From the NCBI RefSeq assembly GCF_963921235.1, contig NC_086097.1:132558001-132622000 (forward strand): 64,000 nucleotides of DNA. Direction: 5' to 3'. The position numbers were made by a program, and so were the translations under genes. Within the stretch, counting starts at the first letter, position 1. Every line of letters begins with the position of its first letter. A model generated the notes under the pieces. The model had not been told where the DNA came from, searched no databases, and worked only from the letters and a program-made list of their open reading frames with translations. Of the stretch, positions 60,721-64,000 are shown piece by piece. This DNA is from Mobula hypostoma (lineage: Eukaryota).

Positions 60721-61497
60721 TATGGACTGGGACAAGTTGTTTTCTGACAAATGTGTACTTGGTATGTGGGAGGCTTTCAAAAATGAATTTCTGAGACTAC
60801 AGAGTTTGTACAGTATGCTCCTGTCAGAATAAAAGACAAAGATATCACGTTCAGGGAACCTTGGTTTCCAAGAGATTTTGAGGTCCTGGTGCAGAAAAAG
60901 AAGGAGCTGCATAGCAGGTATGGGCAGGAAGGAGCAAATGAAGTATTCGAGAAGTATAAGAAGTGTAAGTGAACAGTTAAAAAGGGAAATCGGGAGGGCT
61001 AAAAGAAGGCATGAGGTTGCTCTGATAGTCAAGGTGAAGGAGAATCCCAAGGGCTTCTACAGAGCAGCAGTGAGGTCATAGACCATATATAGATTACAGA
61101 TGAGGAGATGTTTGCTGTGTTGGGGAAAATTAAGGTGGATGCCAGAGGATTGAAGTATAGCTAATGAAGCTAATGATCCATTGCTTAAGAAAAACCCTAA
61201 GCATAAGCCAGGAAATTATAGGCCAGTGAGCCTGACATCTGTAGTGGGTAAGTTACTGGAAGGTATTCTAATGGACGGAACTGCTTAGGGATAGTCAATA
61301 TGACTCTGTGTGAGATAGATCATGTCTAACCAACCAGATTTGTTTGAGAAAATTACTAGGAAAGTTAACGAAAGCAAGGCTGTGGATGTTGTATACATGG
61401 ACTTTAGCATGGCTTTTAACAAGATCACGCAGGGGAGGTTGGTCAAGAAGTTTCAGTCGTGTGGCATTCAAGAAGAAATAGTAAATTGGATTAGACA

Positions 61498-61720
61498 ACA
61501 CACATCAAAGTTGCTGGTGAGTGCAGCAGGCCAGGCAGCATCTCCAGGAAGAGGTACAGTCGACCTTTCAGGCCGAGACCCTTCGTCAGGAGGGTCTCGG
61601 CCTGAAAGGTCAACTGTACCTCTTCCTAGACATGCTGCCTGGCCTGCTGCGTTCACCAGCAACTTTGATGTGTGTTGCTTGAATTTCCAGCATCTGCAGA
61701 ATTCCTGTTGTTTGTGTTTT
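61498..61720. mobile_element. Mini fold-back Penelope insertion (terminal module only)
   Basis: ~86-bp inverted arms around an 8-nt loop; 16-bp TSD TAAATTGGATTAGACA at 61482-61497 and 61721-61736. Confidence 0.9.
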
Positions 61721-63394
61721 TAAATTGGATTAGACATTGGCTTTATGGAGAAGTCAGAGGGTGGTAACAGATGGTTGCCTCTCTGACTGGAGACCTGTGA
61801 CTAGTGGAATGCTGCAGGGATCGGCGCTGGGTCTGTTGCAGTTTGTCATCTAAATCAACGATCTGGATGATGATGTGGTAAACCAGATCAGTGAATTTGC
61901 AGATGACACCATTTATGGGGATGTAGTGTTCAGCAAGGAGGAATGTCAAAGCTTGCAATGGGATCCAGACCAGGTGGAAAAATGGGCTGAAAAATTGCAG
62001 ATGGAATCTATTGCAGACAAGTGTGATGTTTTGCACTTTGGGAACACAAACTAGCGTAGGACTTATACAGTCAGTAGTGGGGTACTGAGGAATGCAGTAG
62101 AACAGAGGGGTCTGGGAATACAGATCCGTAATTGTTTAAAAGAGGTATCACAGACAGATCAGGTTGCAAAGAGAGCTTTTGGCACATCAGCCCTCATAAG
62201 TCAAAGTATTGAGTACAGGAGTTGAATGTTATGTTGAAGTTGTATAAACTTCTGGGGTTCTAACGTTTTCTGTCATTTATTCTTTGGGGTTTTTCTTCTT
62301 CTTCATGGATGCCTGCAAAGAGTAAGAATTTCAGGCTGTATACTTTATACATTCTCTGATATTAAATGGAATCATTAAGTTATTGAATATTGGTGAGGCC
62401 TAATTTGGAGTATTGTGTGTGTGCGCAGTTTTGGTCACCAAGCTATAGAAAAGATGCCAATAAGGTTGGAAGAATAAAGAAAAAAATTTATAAGGATGTT
62501 GTCATAATTTGAGGACCAAAGTTATAGGGAAATGTTAAATAGGTTAGGATTTTATTCCCCAGAGCATAGAACAATGAGGGGAGATTTGATAGAGGTATAC
62601 AACATTTTGAGGGCTATAGATAGGGTAAATGCTAGCAAGCTTTTTCCATTGACATTGGGAGCTACTAGAGCTAGAGGTCATGATTTAGGGGTGAAAGGTA
62701 AAATGTTTAAAGGGAACACGAGAGGGAATTTCTTCACTGAGGGTGATGAGAGTGTGGATCGAGCTGCGCGTGGAAGTGTTTGATTTCAGAACTTGAGGGA
62801 AATTTGGATAGATACAGGGATGGAAGGGGCATGGAGGGCTATGTTCCAAGTGTTTATTGATGTGACTAGGCAGAAAAGTAGTTTGGCACAGACTAGACGG
62901 ACCATTTCTGTGCTGCAGTGTCCTATGTGAGAGGAGGTTCTTTACAAAGAGTGGCATATGCCTGGTTTGAAAGGGAAAGAATAGTGAAAGCTAATAACCA
63001 GTAAAAAGAGATGTGTATTTTGCTAAGTTGGTAATAGGGAACCGGAGACAAAGCCTAAAATTATTGACATGAAATGCAGCAGTGACAACACTCAAATTTC
63101 AGGAACATCATCTACTATGTTATAGCATGCCCCCATTGTTGTAGTAGAAATCTAGATTTACTAAATTAGACTTGTGGACAATCATTTCATTCAGTAACCA
63201 AGACCTCATTTGTTACTTAATTGAGTATTTCTGTAACAGCCATTCTGTTATCTAAAACCTGTTAATTAGTTTCTGTGGAGTCTCGTCAATTGAGAATGTA
63301 AAAGCTCTACCAATTCATGCCCTGGTAGATCAGATTTGTCTGGTCTCCTGGAGCACAGCGGTTGTAATACTTCTCCTGTTATTTCTCTGTATGG

Positions 63395-63935
63395 CCTTTC
63401 CTATAGCCTATAGCCTGGAATGCTTTGCTGGGGGTAGTAGTAGAGGCTGGTGCATTAAGGGTGTTTAAGAGACACTTAGATTGGCACATAGACATGAGAA
63501 AAATGAAGCATTGTGGGCAGTGTAGGAGAGAAGGGATGGTTGACTGAGAGGTAGGCTTATATAGGTTGACACAACCTCAAAGACTGAAGGGCTATGTCCC
63601 ACGTTCTATGTTCATATATGTATATTGGGTGGCTAGTCAGGATCTTTATCCCATGGCAGGGCTATCAAAAACAAGGGGACATAGGTTTAAGGTAGGAGGA
63701 AGGAATTTTAAAGGAGAATTGAGGGAAAAGTTTGTTTTTTCACACAGAGGGTGGTTGATAACTGGAGCATGCTGCTACAGGAGGTGGTTGCATCAGATAT
63801 AATCACTATATTTAACAGATATTTGGACAAGCAGGCATAGAGAGATACAGACCAAATGTGGGTGAATGGGATTCATGTAGGTGAGCGAAAAGGTCAGCCT
63901 GGACGTAATGGGCTGGTGCCTCTGCTGATTCTACA
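63395..63935 (+). mobile_element. Two CR1 3'-end fragments
   Basis: TRGHRFKVGGRNFKGELR remnant and CR1 3' UTR motifs. Confidence 0.7.
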
Positions 63936-64000
63936 AAACTATGACCCAATTTGGTTTGGATCAAATGACACAAATCCGTGTGGAAGCTGAACTATTAAAA

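Larger units (their letters stand above)
57812..62925 (+). mobile_element. Near full-length decayed CR1 LINE (ORF1 + ORF2) hosting two Penelope inserts
   Basis: ORF1 CKKC/ELDELR and esterase remnants; GDFNFPHINW, VKENPKGFY, DVVYMDFS, FADD and RGDLIEVY. Confidence 0.88.

Noticed and set aside
1..64000. Prokaryotic RT systems (retron, DGR, group II intron) or host genes among the many short ORFs
   Set aside because: All RTs classify by motif as CR1, Rex1, Gypsy or Penelope; the remaining ORFs are antisense or alternate frames of repeats, or lack recognisable similarity.

Overview
Eukaryotic, repeat-dominated window with no recognisable host protein-coding gene. The repeat repertoire (CR1, Rex1/Babar-like, V-SINE, Deu-domain SINE, Neptune-type Penelope, sushi-like Gypsy) suggests a vertebrate, probably a cartilaginous fish (inference). 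Most of the window is nested retroelement debris: several decayed near-full CR1 LINEs, Rex1-like LINE fragments, two Gypsy LTR elements with TSDs, a solo LTR, SINEs and a mariner-derived rearranged element. The most notable system is a young Penelope-like (RT + GIY-YIG) family. One copy has an uninterrupted ORF (~50356-52973). Its 3' terminal repeat carries a minimal type-I hammerhead ribozyme motif (AGTC-CTGANGA-stemII-GAAA-CG-TH-GACT; 6 good copies, many decayed). Three insertions are fold-back palindromes, each bracketed by one 13-17 bp TSD (1.9 kb, 3.5 kb, and a 223-bp mini-hairpin whose turn lies in the ribozyme core). Also noted: a Tf1/sushi-type self-priming signature, an RTE-type insert resembling marsupial RTE-SINEs, and TE-free islands that may be conserved enhancers. 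Boundaries of old repeats are approximate, and family names come from motif recognition, not database searches.
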